Assembly: GCA_024280895.1 (NCBI GenBank)
Contig: JAJRPI010000035.1
Location: forward strand, 16,596 to 80,595
DNA: 64,000 nt
Origin: Alphaproteobacteria bacterium
Lineage (GTDB): Bacteria; Pseudomonadota; Alphaproteobacteria; Rhizobiales; JAKIUO01
Direction: 5' to 3'
The notes beneath the pieces were generated by a model that was not told where the DNA came from, did not search any database, and saw nothing but the letters and a program-made list of their open reading frames with translations. Each line of letters begins with the position of its first letter. The first letter of the stretch is position 1. The translations under genes and the position numbers were made by a program. Below are positions 18,397 to 28,244 of this stretch, one piece after another.

Positions 18397-18768
18397 CTAA
18401 ATCAAGACTGCATCATCACCGACGTCAAGATGTCTCATGATAGCGATTTTGGTTTCTTCCAGATCACTTTGCAACAGCGACAAAATTGCCGTGCGAATTG
18501 ATGAATTGAGCGGCTCGTCCACTTGCTCCAATTGCGCGGCCCGCTTGCCAACGGCAAAAGCACCGATACCCCGAGCAGACCCCTTAAGAGAATGAGCAGC
18601 TTCAAACCAGTCCTTGGAGCTTTGCGGAGATTTCAAACGCTCCAGATACAGCGCTGACTGATCAACAAACATCATCAACACTTCTTGTTCAAGCTCAAAA
18701 TTGCCAAGTGTGAATTTGGCCAAAAAGCTGGTATCAAGCAATATAGATTCATCAATTCTCGCGCTCAT
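18397..18768 (-). CDS. Hpt (histidine phosphotransfer) domain protein
   Basis: AAHSLKGSARGIGA phospho-His motif. ATG at 18768 with GGGAGA SD. Confidence 0.8.
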   Translation of the reverse strand: MSARIDESILLDTSFLAKFTLGNFELEQEVLMMFVDQSALYLERLKSPQSSKDWFEAAHSLKGSARGIGAFAVGKRAAQLEQVDEPLNSSIRTAILSLLQSDLEETKIAIMRHLDVGDDAVLI

Positions 18769-19124
18769 AAGCAAATCTCCCAATGTTTGAATTGTGATTA
18801 TATAATATCTTACATAATGGAGGGTTAAACACCCAGTAAGCTGTGTTCAAAATGTCGATATCCCCGCGCTATTTACCTTTGTGGGAATAAATCACTTTTT
18901 GGCCCTAAAGAGAGGCTAGGAAAGAACCATTCAGGTCTGATACTCTTAACCTTGTCAAGACCCCACCTATGGGGCCTTAATATGCACAATAGGGGTTATT
19001 CGACAGGTAACTGGTTAACAGCGACAGGTCACACAAGATCGAATATGATAGGCTGAAGGACTGATTCGGCATGAATTTTGGAAAGAAATCATGCGCGGTA
19101 CATAATCAAAAGGCAGTGTGATAA

Positions 19125-22100
19125 ATGACGAGGGATCGCAACAACCCATCTCATTCAGAGAATCTGGCAGGGAATCCGGTAGGCACGGCGCCTCACACCG
19201 GCCCCATAGGTTCGCACGATCAAAATATCGCCGCCAAACCCCAAGGCAAACCTGCAAGAGCACCGCAAGCTAGACCCGCCCCCTTGCCAGCAGCAAAACC
19301 GGCACAAAATCCCACCTCATTGCTAGCCAGACAGGTACCAGAACCGCAAGCGAGCGCCGCTCGCCCTCCAGCCTCTCCCGTCATGGCGACACCTGTCAAA
19401 AGACCAGTCAGTCCACCATCGCACGCGCCAGCACCAGGTCCGGGCGTTCACAAACCAGCAGCTCCTATGGCGCGCCCTGTCTCAGCGCCAGTCTCAAAAC
19501 CAGCCGCTACGCCAGCCACACCAGCGCCAGCGCCCGGCCCAAGTCAAGCCGGCAGAGTTGCACTGCCCTTGCCAAAATCGCTGGCCGGAGCGGCTCACAA
19601 ACCACAAATGGGGCAGCCCCAACGAGCTCGCACCAGTACGGCACAAGCCCGGCCCGCTTCCACGCCTCCACCAAAGCCAGCTCCCGCCCCAACCATTGGT
19701 CTTTCAGAGCCTAGCGAAAATAATTCTCAAAGCGCGCATCAGAGCACCAGTTCTGTGCCCCCCCGTCCCGCTGCACCGTCCCCTGCAAATCAACAAAATC
19801 CTGCTGCCCCAAATCAGGGCTTGGCTTCAGATCCACTTACCTCCACGGCCCAACAAAGCCCCCGCAGACGAAAAGCTGCGCCACAACAACCTGAACTAGA
19901 GCGCCAATATCTACCAACCGGCATGCCGCGCCCACGCGCTTCCTTGCACGAAAAAAGCAAGGCTCCCTCGATTGGCGGCCTCATACACTCAATGCAGGCC
20001 GAGCCGAGCAAAGCGCCCTATTACACCGCCGTCATCACCTCGGTGATCTGGCTGTTTATCGGCGGCCTGCTTGGCTGGTTGCTGGTTGGTCAAAGTCTAA
20101 ATGATTTTACGGGATATAAATCCGTACTAGGCACCTCATCAGTTTATATTCTGGCGGCGGCGGTCCTCGTGCCAATTGCCCTGTTCTGGTTCATTGCCCA
20201 GCTTGTTGTACGCTCACAAGAAATGAAACTGATGGCCTCAGCCATGACCGAGGTGGCGATCCGCCTTGCTGAACCTGACAAGATGGCGGAACAAAAAGTT
20301 GCCTCCGTCGGCCAGACCATTCGCCGACAGGTGTCAGCTATGGATGACGCCATTTCAAGAGCCATTGGACGGGCTGGTGAACTCGAAGCGCTTGTTCACA
20401 ATGAAGTTGCCGCGCTGGAGCGGTCCTATTCGCAAAATGAGTTTATCATCCGCAACCTGCTCAATGAACTCGTCAATGAGCGCGAAGCCATTGCCCACAA
20501 TGGCATTCAGGTCAAACAGACATTGCAAGGAGTGGGCGCACAAGTGTCCAAACATATCCGCCTTGCCACCGATGATATAGGCAAAAACCTTGCCCAACAT
20601 GGCACTATGTCTGCCCTCAAACTGCAACAGGCTGGCGATCAGGTTACCAAGGCCATTCAAACGACCACCGAACAAACAGTTGCCATCAAGCAGAAAATCT
20701 CTACTGAGCTTCCCCAACTCTTGAATAAAATGAATGCCGAACAAGTAAAACTTGGCAATGTAATTGACGGGGCCAATCGCAATCTGGGGCAACTGGACAC
20801 GACCCTTGCCAAGCGCACAACCGCTCTTGATCATCAGCTAACCGCGCGTACAAGCGAAATTGATGGCATGATCGCCAAACATTCTGGTGAGCTCAATACA
20901 AAGCTTGTCCAAAAAGTCAAAGCACTGGACGCCAGCCTCGCCATGCGCACTAAGTCCATGGACAAGGTTTTGAGTGCCAAAGCTGGTGAGCTGGATCAAA
21001 CATTCCTCACTCACCGCGAAGCCATTGATACAACAATGCAGCAAAAAGCCGTTGAAATCGATGAGGCGATCGCCACACAGGCACAAGCCATGGACGCCTC
21101 CTTGACCCAAAAGGCGCGCACCATTGACGCGGCATTTGATCAACGCCTCGCCAGTCTTGAAGAAAGTGCCCCCGTAGATCAGCATCCAGTCGAACAAACT
21201 CCTACATCAAATAGAGATCTCTCGATGCTGCGCGGTTCTGAAGCCCTTGAACGCGCTATGCACGACCAAACCAAAAACCTGCAAGCCGACCTCGACAATA
21301 ATCGTGGCAATCTTGATCAGACCATCGGCAAGCAGAACCAGCTCTCGCCAAAAATTACTCTGATGACGAAAAAACATGATCAACTATTGCATGATCATGA
21401 CGATCAGGTCGCGCTTGTGCGCGACCAGTTCGCAGCTCAAAGTGGTGATCTTTTGGCAACCGCGCGTCTGTTGACCAGTCCTGACATGAAAATGAGCGCT
21501 ATGATGGGGCCACAGCAAAACAAGGCCCGCGCCATTCTGGGGGATCTTGTTTCACGATCGCAAGAGCTCGAAAAAAGCCGTTTGGCACATACACAGGCCT
21601 TGCAGAATTCACTGATGCTGACCGACGAAACCGCAGATATATTAAAGAAACAACTTGCCGGCAATGCCAGCCCTCGCGCGCTAAAAGCAGCGCAAGATGT
21701 AGATCATGGCACGGCGCAAAGCGTCTTTAATACCCAAAAGCTCATAAGAGAAATGGAAACCAATGCGACCGCTGCATCCCAACAGGTCGTCGAGACGGTT
21801 ACCAGCATGTCACGTTCAAGCAACCGGACTAAAGTCCTGCCCGGCGACATTGCCAACACTTCGACCGATATCAGGAAGGCAGTTGATATGCAAATGCAGG
21901 CGCTGGATGCACTGGCACAAATTTCAGGAACCAATATCAGCAGTGGGTTGGCCAGCGCCACTGGTACCGGTTCTGCGAGTGGTCCCTCCACAATGGGACG
22001 ATCTGTACATGGACAAGGAATGCTTGGGCAAAATATAGTTGGACAAGGCCAGCTACCATCAGGAAATAATATGGGTGCCATGCCGCCAGCAGTACCTAAC

Positions 22101-22634
22101 GCAAAAGATCGCCTGACACCTGGCGGCAAGCGGCCAAGCCAATGGTCGTTTGGAGATCTGCTCGCCAGAGTTGCTGATACCGATAGCGAGCACGAGGAGC
22201 AGCCTCTTCCCACCTATCGCCCATCCAGTAACGCGAACTCAGGCAACGGACCAGTCCCCGGTAATGCGAGTGGCCGAAAATCCAATCTTTCCCTGGACCC
22301 TCTTGATATTTTACGCGTCGACGATATTGCCAGAGCCCTTGATAGCCACACCGCAGCGCTCGCCTGGAACCGATCCCAGGCTGGCGAACGCAATGTCTTT
22401 ACCAGGGGACTTTACACAAGCGAGGGCCAAGCCACCTTTGATCAGATTTCCGAGCGCTATGCGGCGGATAACAGCTTTCGCAACACTGTCGAAAAATATG
22501 TCATTGATTTCGAAGGACTGCTGAAAGAAGCTGACGAAAAAGACCCTAGCGGGCGCATCATTCAGAACTATCTGACAACTGATGCTGGCCGCGCCTATCT
22601 GATGCTTGCCCACATCACAGGACGGCTTGGCTAG
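19125..22634 (+). CDS. 1169-aa Pro/Ala-rich, two-TM, coiled-coil repeat protein (possible growth-pole-ring GPR/RgsE-like)
   Basis: Residues ~40-290 are a P/A/S-rich low-complexity region. Two hydrophobic helices lie around residues 300-365. A long run of degenerate ~22-aa L-D/A-rich repeats follows, then a conserved-looking C-terminal domain ending YLTTDAGRAYLMLAHITGRLG. Confidence 0.7.
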   Translation: MTRDRNNPSHSENLAGNPVGTAPHTGPIGSHDQNIAAKPQGKPARAPQARPAPLPAAKPAQNPTSLLARQVPEPQASAARPPASPVMATPVKRPVSPPSHAPAPGPGVHKPAAPMARPVSAPVSKPAATPATPAPAPGPSQAGRVALPLPKSLAGAAHKPQMGQPQRARTSTAQARPASTPPPKPAPAPTIGLSEPSENNSQSAHQSTSSVPPRPAAPSPANQQNPAAPNQGLASDPLTSTAQQSPRRRKAAPQQPELERQYLPTGMPRPRASLHEKSKAPSIGGLIHSMQAEPSKAPYYTAVITSVIWLFIGGLLGWLLVGQSLNDFTGYKSVLGTSSVYILAAAVLVPIALFWFIAQLVVRSQEMKLMASAMTEVAIRLAEPDKMAEQKVASVGQTIRRQVSAMDDAISRAIGRAGELEALVHNEVAALERSYSQNEFIIRNLLNELVNEREAIAHNGIQVKQTLQGVGAQVSKHIRLATDDIGKNLAQHGTMSALKLQQAGDQVTKAIQTTTEQTVAIKQKISTELPQLLNKMNAEQVKLGNVIDGANRNLGQLDTTLAKRTTALDHQLTARTSEIDGMIAKHSGELNTKLVQKVKALDASLAMRTKSMDKVLSAKAGELDQTFLTHREAIDTTMQQKAVEIDEAIATQAQAMDASLTQKARTIDAAFDQRLASLEESAPVDQHPVEQTPTSNRDLSMLRGSEALERAMHDQTKNLQADLDNNRGNLDQTIGKQNQLSPKITLMTKKHDQLLHDHDDQVALVRDQFAAQSGDLLATARLLTSPDMKMSAMMGPQQNKARAILGDLVSRSQELEKSRLAHTQALQNSLMLTDETADILKKQLAGNASPRALKAAQDVDHGTAQSVFNTQKLIREMETNATAASQQVVETVTSMSRSSNRTKVLPGDIANTSTDIRKAVDMQMQALDALAQISGTNISSGLASATGTGSASGPSTMGRSVHGQGMLGQNIVGQGQLPSGNNMGAMPPAVPNAKDRLTPGGKRPSQWSFGDLLARVADTDSEHEEQPLPTYRPSSNANSGNGPVPGNASGRKSNLSLDPLDILRVDDIARALDSHTAALAWNRSQAGERNVFTRGLYTSEGQATFDQISERYAADNSFRNTVEKYVIDFEGLLKEADEKDPSGRIIQNYLTTDAGRAYLMLAHITGRLG

Positions 22635-22746
22635 ATCGAGCCATTTACCTTGACCTCACCCAGATAAAAATTCTCCGCCTATTGGACAATGCTCCCCCAG
22701 CGTCTATAAAGCTGTTAACAATAACAGCTAATAGGAGAAAACTGTC

Positions 22747-23628
22747 ATGGCAAAAATCGCTTGGATCGGGCTTGGCGTGATGGGTACTCACATGGCTGGA
22801 CATCTGGCCAGCAAATCTGACCACGAAATCACCGTTTACAATCGAACAGCGCAAAAGTCTCTCGACTGGGTAAGCACATTTGGCGGCGATCATGCTCCCA
22901 CGCCCTTGCTAGCCGCCGAAGGTGCCGATTTCGTTTTTTGCTGCGTTGGCAATGACCGAGATCTGCGCGAGGTCACACTGGGACCAAATGGAGCTTTTTC
23001 CTCTTTGAAACCAGGAGCCATCTTCATTGACCATACCAGCTCCTCGGCGACGATTGCCCGCGAACTGGACGCGCAAGCGCAAGACAAAGGGGCCCATTTT
23101 CTCGATGCGCCCGTATCTGGCGGGGAAAAAGGCGCGCAGGATGGCATTTTGACGGTTATGACAGGAGGGCAAGAAAGCACTTTTTCCCAGGCAAAACCAT
23201 TGATCGATTGCTTCGCCGCCAACTGCAAACTGATGGGATCAGCAGGCGCTGGACAGCTGACAAAAATGGTTAACCAAATCGCTATTGCAGGACTGGTACA
23301 GGCTCTTGCTGAAGCCGTGCACTTTGCCGAAAATGCCGAGCTTGATGTGGCAGAGGTTATGTCGGTGATCACCAAGGGCGCTGCCCAAAGCTGGCAGATG
23401 GAAAATCGCTGGGAGACCATGAAAGACCGTAAATTTGACTATGGTTTTGCCGTCGACTGGATGCGCAAGGACCTTGCCAATTGCCTTGATGAGGCAAGAC
23501 GCAATGGCGCTCAATTGCCGGTTGCGGCGCTGGTCGACCAGTTTTATGGCGAGATACAGCAAAAAGGTGGCAATCGGCTAGACACTTCAAGCCTGCTCAC
23601 CCGGTTGGTACCCAACAAAAAGATCTGA
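22747..23628 (+). CDS. NAD(P)-dependent oxidoreductase, 3-hydroxyisobutyrate dehydrogenase family
   Basis: N-terminal IAWIGLGVMGTHMAGHL Rossmann motif and a DAPVSGG block. AGGAGA SD. Confidence 0.85.
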   Translation: MAKIAWIGLGVMGTHMAGHLASKSDHEITVYNRTAQKSLDWVSTFGGDHAPTPLLAAEGADFVFCCVGNDRDLREVTLGPNGAFSSLKPGAIFIDHTSSSATIARELDAQAQDKGAHFLDAPVSGGEKGAQDGILTVMTGGQESTFSQAKPLIDCFAANCKLMGSAGAGQLTKMVNQIAIAGLVQALAEAVHFAENAELDVAEVMSVITKGAAQSWQMENRWETMKDRKFDYGFAVDWMRKDLANCLDEARRNGAQLPVAALVDQFYGEIQQKGGNRLDTSSLLTRLVPNKKI

Positions 23629-23654
23629 ACCACTCGCAGTGTTATTGAGCAGAA

Positions 23655-24122
23655 TTATTCACCCGCGAATTCGAGCGGCAGCTTTGTCGTGAATTTAATT
23701 TGCTCCATGGCAAAACTTGAACTTACATCGCTCAATTCAATGCGTGAAATCAGTTTTTTGTAGACCACGTCATAATGGGCAATATCAGATACGACGAGCC
23801 GTAACAAATAATCCACCTGACCGCTCATGCGATAAAACTCTACGATTTCGGGCAGCTCTTCAACTGCTGCGTGAAATTGCTTTAGCCACTTTTGGGTATG
23901 CTGACTGGTGGAGATAAACACGAACACCGTCACCCCCACATTGATCTTTTGCGGATCGAGTAGTGCAACCCTGCCCTCGATAACTCCATCCGCTTCAAGT
24001 TTTTGAATGCGCCGCCAGCAAGGCGTCGTTGAAAGCCCGACCTGTCTGCCAATTTGCGCAACCGGAATGGTGCAATCTTCCTGCAATATCTCCAAAATCT
24101 GTAAATCAACACGATCAAGCAT
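23655..24122 (-). CDS. Lrp/AsnC-family transcriptional regulator
   Basis: MLDRVDLQILEILQEDCTIPVAQIGRQVGLSTTPCWRRIQKLE HTH plus a RAM domain. ATG at 24122 with GAGGTG SD. Confidence 0.9.
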   Translation of the reverse strand: MLDRVDLQILEILQEDCTIPVAQIGRQVGLSTTPCWRRIQKLEADGVIEGRVALLDPQKINVGVTVFVFISTSQHTQKWLKQFHAAVEELPEIVEFYRMSGQVDYLLRLVVSDIAHYDVVYKKLISRIELSDVSSSFAMEQIKFTTKLPLEFAGE

Positions 24123-24139
24123 ATCCACACCTCAATAAA

Positions 24140-24157
24140 TTAGAAATATTTTTCTAA
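24140..24157. promoter_or_regulatory. AT-rich palindrome in the lrp-divergent promoter region (candidate Lrp/AsnC site)
   Basis: ttagaaa-tatt-tttctaa (7-bp arms) inside a ~190-bp very AT-rich intergenic region between divergent genes. Confidence 0.3.
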
Positions 24158-24320
24158 ACTGCATGAATATTGTACATTATTTTTCTTATTATACTAATAT
24201 AAATGTATATTTTAGTTTTATTTTCTATTTCATCGCCGTTTTCACTTGAATTAACAGCTCCATCAACCCTAAATAATACTTATCGAAACGACGAGACCAA
24301 CCAAAATCAGGATCTACGAT

Positions 24321-24815
24321 ATGCTTCAGAATAGTAAAATCGAAAAAAGACCCACAGTTTTCAGAAAACTGGATGAAGATTTCTGGCTGGCCGGTTGTCT
24401 TAATGAGAGTGATCTTAAAAGGGCCGCCGACCAAGGCGTTGCGACCATCATCAATATTCTGCCCGAAGATGATGAATTGTGCGAGCTAAGCGATAAAGAA
24501 GCCAAAGCCATTGCGACACGTGAAGGGATGGATTACCGGCACATGCCGATCTATGGCCATCAACTAAACAATGAGTTTTTTGCCCGCGCCTTTGGTTATT
24601 TGATTGCCGAAACAAAAGGCCCCAAACTTATTTATTGCCGCACTGGCATGCGCTCAGCGTTTCTATGGGGCATGATAAAAGCATCAGAACTTGGCGTCGA
24701 AGAAGTACTCGATCGCACGCTCGATATTGGCTTTGATCTGATGGTCATCAAAGACGAGCTGGGAAAAATGGCCAATAAACCCTCACCTCTGGTCGACCTG
24801 GCACAAGTAGCCTGA
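24321..24815 (+). CDS. DUF442/TIGR01244-like dual-specificity-phosphatase-fold protein (sulfur transferase-associated family)
   Basis: YCRTGMRS active-site-like loop and an overall ~160-aa layout similar to the N-terminal domain of BLH-type proteins. Confidence 0.65.
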   Translation: MLQNSKIEKRPTVFRKLDEDFWLAGCLNESDLKRAADQGVATIINILPEDDELCELSDKEAKAIATREGMDYRHMPIYGHQLNNEFFARAFGYLIAETKGPKLIYCRTGMRSAFLWGMIKASELGVEEVLDRTLDIGFDLMVIKDELGKMANKPSPLVDLAQVA

Positions 24816-25053
24816 CAAAACGAAATGACAAATCTCCCCCCGACGAGCATGGCCCTATCCTTAATAGATAGGCCATGCTTTTGTTTGCCTGATGGTTCTT
24901 TCAGCCCTCAAAACCATCTTAAATAAACGCTGTTTAGAATTGTTCATAAAAAACATCTTGCCCTGCCATTTAAGCTGGGTGAGAATGGAGGTTCTGGTAG
25001 ATCGGACACGAGGTCATAAATTCGCTAACGGATTTTCGAAAAGGGTTCACTCA

Positions 25054-25476
25054 ATGATCGGCCTGGTTATGGTTACACATGGAGCGTTGGGACGAGAGTT
25101 TCGCAGTGCGCTTGAGCATGTGGTTGGCCCCCAGACGCAACTTGAAACCATTGCCGTCGATGACGATCTTGATCACGAAATTCTACTTCACAAAATTCGC
25201 GCCAGCGTCAAACAGGTCAATGATGGCGATGGTGTCATTTTACTCACGGACCTTTTTGGCAGCACCCCCTCCAATCTTGCCATTGATGCCATGAATGGCT
25301 CTCCCATTGAAATGATCAGCGGTATTAATCTTCCCATGCTGATTTCCCTTGCCACCAACCGCCAGAAATTGAATTTATGTGATATTGTTACCGAGGCAAA
25401 ATCCTGCGGGCGCCGTTATATCCATGTGGCCAGCGACATGTTATGCCAATTTCCCAGACCAAATTCGAGGTCATAA
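25054..25476 (+). CDS. PTS EIIA component, mannose family
   Basis: MIGLVMVTHGALG... with the phosphorylatable His in the VTHG motif. ATG at 25054 with AAGGG SD; the longer track ORF has no homology-like N-terminus. Confidence 0.8.
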   Translation: MIGLVMVTHGALGREFRSALEHVVGPQTQLETIAVDDDLDHEILLHKIRASVKQVNDGDGVILLTDLFGSTPSNLAIDAMNGSPIEMISGINLPMLISLATNRQKLNLCDIVTEAKSCGRRYIHVASDMLCQFPRPNSRS

Positions 25477-25494
25477 ACTCTAAGCGAGTTCAAA

Positions 25495-25797
25495 ATGATT
25501 GCCAAAGCCCCAAAACCTTCCGCAAAAAGCAGCTCTATCGACATTCTTATTTGTAATAATAAGGGTCTTCATGCGCGCGCTTCTGCGCTATTTGTCAAAT
25601 GCGTCCAGCAATTTGATGCGATTATCACCGTCACAAGAGATGGCGAAACCGTTTCTGGCAGCTCGGTCATGGATTTGTTGATGCTGGCAGCAGGCAAAGG
25701 CACCTCACTGACCATCAGCGCCAGCGGCAGCCAATCAAATGAAGCCCTTGAGCAATTGGATGCCTTGATCGCGGCAGGATTTTATGAGGAAAATTAG
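25495..25797 (+). CDS. ptsH: HPr-family phosphocarrier protein (HPr/NPr)
   Basis: NKGLHARAS (His-15 equivalent) and GSSVMDLLML (Ser-46 region). Confidence 0.85.
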   Translation: MIAKAPKPSAKSSSIDILICNNKGLHARASALFVKCVQQFDAIITVTRDGETVSGSSVMDLLMLAAGKGTSLTISASGSQSNEALEQLDALIAAGFYEEN

Positions 25798-25802
25798 CCC
25801 GC

Positions 25803-26393
25803 CTACCAGGGCATAAAGCTGTTCATGAAGTTCATGGGACGACCAACAGCTCTGTTCATCTGGGCAACACTACCTGTCATGACATACATCCGACTGTTCA
25901 TGGTACCCATCTGCTGGTTCATCCCCTCCATATGGACATTCATAATCTCCATGCGCTTGTTCATGATCTCGACCTGCACACGCATGGCTTTCATTTCAGA
26001 CAGCTTCTCGTTCATTTCCGGCATGACCCTGGCAATGACATTCATATCCTTGCCCATATTATCGATACTGCCTGTGAGATGTTCCATCTTTCTGGTCAAA
26101 ACGGCCATATGTCCAGCCATTGGCGCAATCTGCTGGGCAATCACCCGCATGTCATTAGCAAGATTAAACATCAAAAAGAATCCGTACGCCATGACCAGAA
26201 CCATCACAAACATGGCTGGGTAAACGATGCGTTCCCAGCGCCGAACCGCGCCCTCAAACACATCGGCAAAACGCTCGAAAGCTTCTGGAGAAAGATTGAT
26301 TTGGGTGGTATGCAGGGCCGCTTCACCGCTTTCTTTTACATCAGAAAACCTCAGAGACTCTTCGCCCTGGTCATTATCAGACATTTTTACCAT
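25803..26393 (-). CDS. membrane-anchored methionine-rich protein with MxxMNxx heptad array
   Basis: 196 aa with an acidic N-terminus and one TM (YPAMFVMVLVMAYGFFLMF). The C-terminal 116 aa has 23 Met by my count. Consecutive heptads MEIMNVH/MEGMNQQ/MGTMNSR/MYVMTGS. Confidence 0.6.
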   Translation of the reverse strand: MVKMSDNDQGEESLRFSDVKESGEAALHTTQINLSPEAFERFADVFEGAVRRWERIVYPAMFVMVLVMAYGFFLMFNLANDMRVIAQQIAPMAGHMAVLTRKMEHLTGSIDNMGKDMNVIARVMPEMNEKLSEMKAMRVQVEIMNKRMEIMNVHMEGMNQQMGTMNSRMYVMTGSVAQMNRAVGRPMNFMNSFMPW

Positions 26394-26750
26394 GAAATCT
26401 CGCTTATGGATGTATCCAACCCGGATACGCTACGCACAACAGTCCATCCTGCTGAATATATTAGGCCATTGTCGCAGCGTACGCAATCAATGTCATTGAT
26501 CCAGCGGTGGTTTTTGATTTTGAGCTTAATATAGCACAAAAATGCAGCTAATAATCATCAAGGCGCAGATTTTCCCCCGCAAAGTGAATTTTTTTGTTTT
26601 CTGACCGTCAAATCAACCGCCCCCAAAGAAGTATATAAAAAAAACTTTATATGTTTGTTGCGCCTGGATCAACAGGGCGCTATGTAGGGTGCAAACAGCC
26701 CTTCGTGGCTGCGGACGCCATAACAGACAACATAGTTAAAGGAACATTTC

Positions 26751-28157
26751 ATGGGTGATTATGTCATAGCAGATATCGGCCTTGCCGATTGGGGCCACAA
26801 AGAAATCGAGATCGCGGAAACCGAAATGCCAGGCTTGATGGCCTGCGTTGAAGAATATGGCCCTTCAAAACCACTGAAAGGGGCTCGTATCACCGGTTCG
26901 CTACATATGACCATCCAGACCGCCGTACTCATCCAAACCTTGCAAGCCCTTGGAGCGCAGGTACGCTGGGCGACCTGCAACATTTTCTCAACGCAAGATC
27001 ATGCCGCTGCCGCCATCGCTGATCAAGGCACCCCGGTTTTTGCTGTGAAAGGTGAGAGCCTTGTAGACTATTGGGACTATGTGGACAAAATCTTCGATTG
27101 GCCAAAAACCGATGAAAACCCTGACGGCACGCCAAACCTCATCCTTGATGATGGCGGGGACGCCACCATGTATATCATTCTTGGTGCCAAGGTAGACGCT
27201 GGTGAGGAAATAATTCCTAACCCCGGCAATGAAGAAGAAAAAGTCGTTAAGGCACAGATCCTCAAACGTGCCAAGGCCTCCCCTGGCTGGTTCACTAAAC
27301 AGCGTGACAATCTGTTGGGCGTTTCAGAAGAAACAACCACCGGCGTGCATCGCCTCTACCAGTTGCAGGAAAAAGGCGAGCTGCCCTTCCCCGCTTTCAA
27401 CGTCAATGACAGTGTCACCAAGTCAAAATTCGACAATCTGTATGGTTGCCGCGAAAGCCTTGTTGATGGACTGCGCCGTGCAACCGATGTGATGATCGCT
27501 GGTAAAGTTGCTGTGGTTTGTGGCTTTGGCGATGTTGGCAAAGGATCAGCCGAAAGCCTACGCTCACAAGGAGCACGCGTCATTGTCACGGAGATCGACC
27601 CCATCTGCGCCCTGCAGGCTAGCATGGAAGGCTATCAGGTCGCGACCATGGAAACGGCTGCACCACTGGGCGACATTTTCGTCACCACCACCGGCAACAA
27701 GGATGTCATCACTGTCGATCACATGCGGGCCATGAAGGACCGTGCCATCGTTTGCAATATCGGCCATTTCGACAGTGAAATTCAAGTTGATGGTTTGCGT
27801 AATTTCAAATGGACCGAGGTCAAGCCACAGGTTGATGAAATCGAATTTCCAGATGGCAAAAAACTCATCTTGTTAGCCGAGGGACGTCTCGTCAATCTTG
27901 CTTGTGCCACCGGTCATCCAAGCTTTGTGATGTCCGCCAGTTTCACCAATCAGGTACTGGCTCAGATGGAACTTTATTCTGGTGCCGACAAATATGAGAA
28001 CAAGGTCTATATTCTACCTAAAAATCTCGATGAAAAAGTCGCCACTCTGCATCTGGCCAAACTCGGCGTCAGACTGACCGAGCTATCTGACGAGCAGGCA
28101 GAATATATCAATGTGCCAAAGAACGGTCCATTCAAGCCAGAGCATTATCGCTACTAA
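26751..28157 (+). CDS. ahcY: adenosylhomocysteinase
   Basis: 468 aa with the full-length signature ([23 protein letters not shown]..., [13 protein letters not shown] motif, C-terminal PEHYRY). AAGGA SD. Confidence 0.97.
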   Translation: MGDYVIADIGLADWGHKEIEIAETEMPGLMACVEEYGPSKPLKGARITGSLHMTIQTAVLIQTLQALGAQVRWATCNIFSTQDHAAAAIADQGTPVFAVKGESLVDYWDYVDKIFDWPKTDENPDGTPNLILDDGGDATMYIILGAKVDAGEEIIPNPGNEEEKVVKAQILKRAKASPGWFTKQRDNLLGVSEETTTGVHRLYQLQEKGELPFPAFNVNDSVTKSKFDNLYGCRESLVDGLRRATDVMIAGKVAVVCGFGDVGKGSAESLRSQGARVIVTEIDPICALQASMEGYQVATMETAAPLGDIFVTTTGNKDVITVDHMRAMKDRAIVCNIGHFDSEIQVDGLRNFKWTEVKPQVDEIEFPDGKKLILLAEGRLVNLACATGHPSFVMSASFTNQVLAQMELYSGADKYENKVYILPKNLDEKVATLHLAKLGVRLTELSDEQAEYINVPKNGPFKPEHYRY

Positions 28158-28163
28158 GATAAT

Positions 28164-28202
28164 GTCTTCGCAAACAGCGCCAAGGGCTGGCCCTTGGAAC
28201 CC
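28164..28202 (-). repeat. REP-like element copy a (GGGTTCCAAGGGC..GCCCTTGGCGCTG family)
   Basis: The reverse complement reads GGGTTCCAAGGGCCAGCCCTTGGCGCTGTTTGCGAAGAC, just downstream of ahcY. Confidence 0.8.
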
Positions 28203-28212
28203 ATCATGTCAT

Positions 28213-28244
28213 AAGGCGGCTTCTCTAGGGAGGCCGCCTTTTAT
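28213..28244 (+). terminator. rho-independent terminator of ahcY
   Basis: aaggcggc (28213-28220) pairs with gccgcctt (28233-28240) and runs into tttat. Confidence 0.6.

Noticed and set aside
25825-26534. Two long plus-strand ORFs (132 and 200 aa, the latter strikingly His-rich) overlapping the Met-rich gene
   Set aside because: The His richness mirrors the Met codons (CAT is the reverse complement of ATG). These ORFs have no SD, TM or domain logic. The minus-strand ORF has a coherent N-terminus/TM/heptad architecture, so the plus-strand ORFs are treated as shadow ORFs, with the strand choice flagged as testable.
26560-26750. Possible SAH riboswitch in the ahcY leader
   Set aside because: I looked for the GAGGAGCGCUGC / AACGGCGCUC hallmarks and found none. 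Only generic hairpins (gcgcc..ggcgc, cagcc..ggctg) and a GTAGGGTGCAA repeat start are present. A cmscan with RF01057 would settle it.
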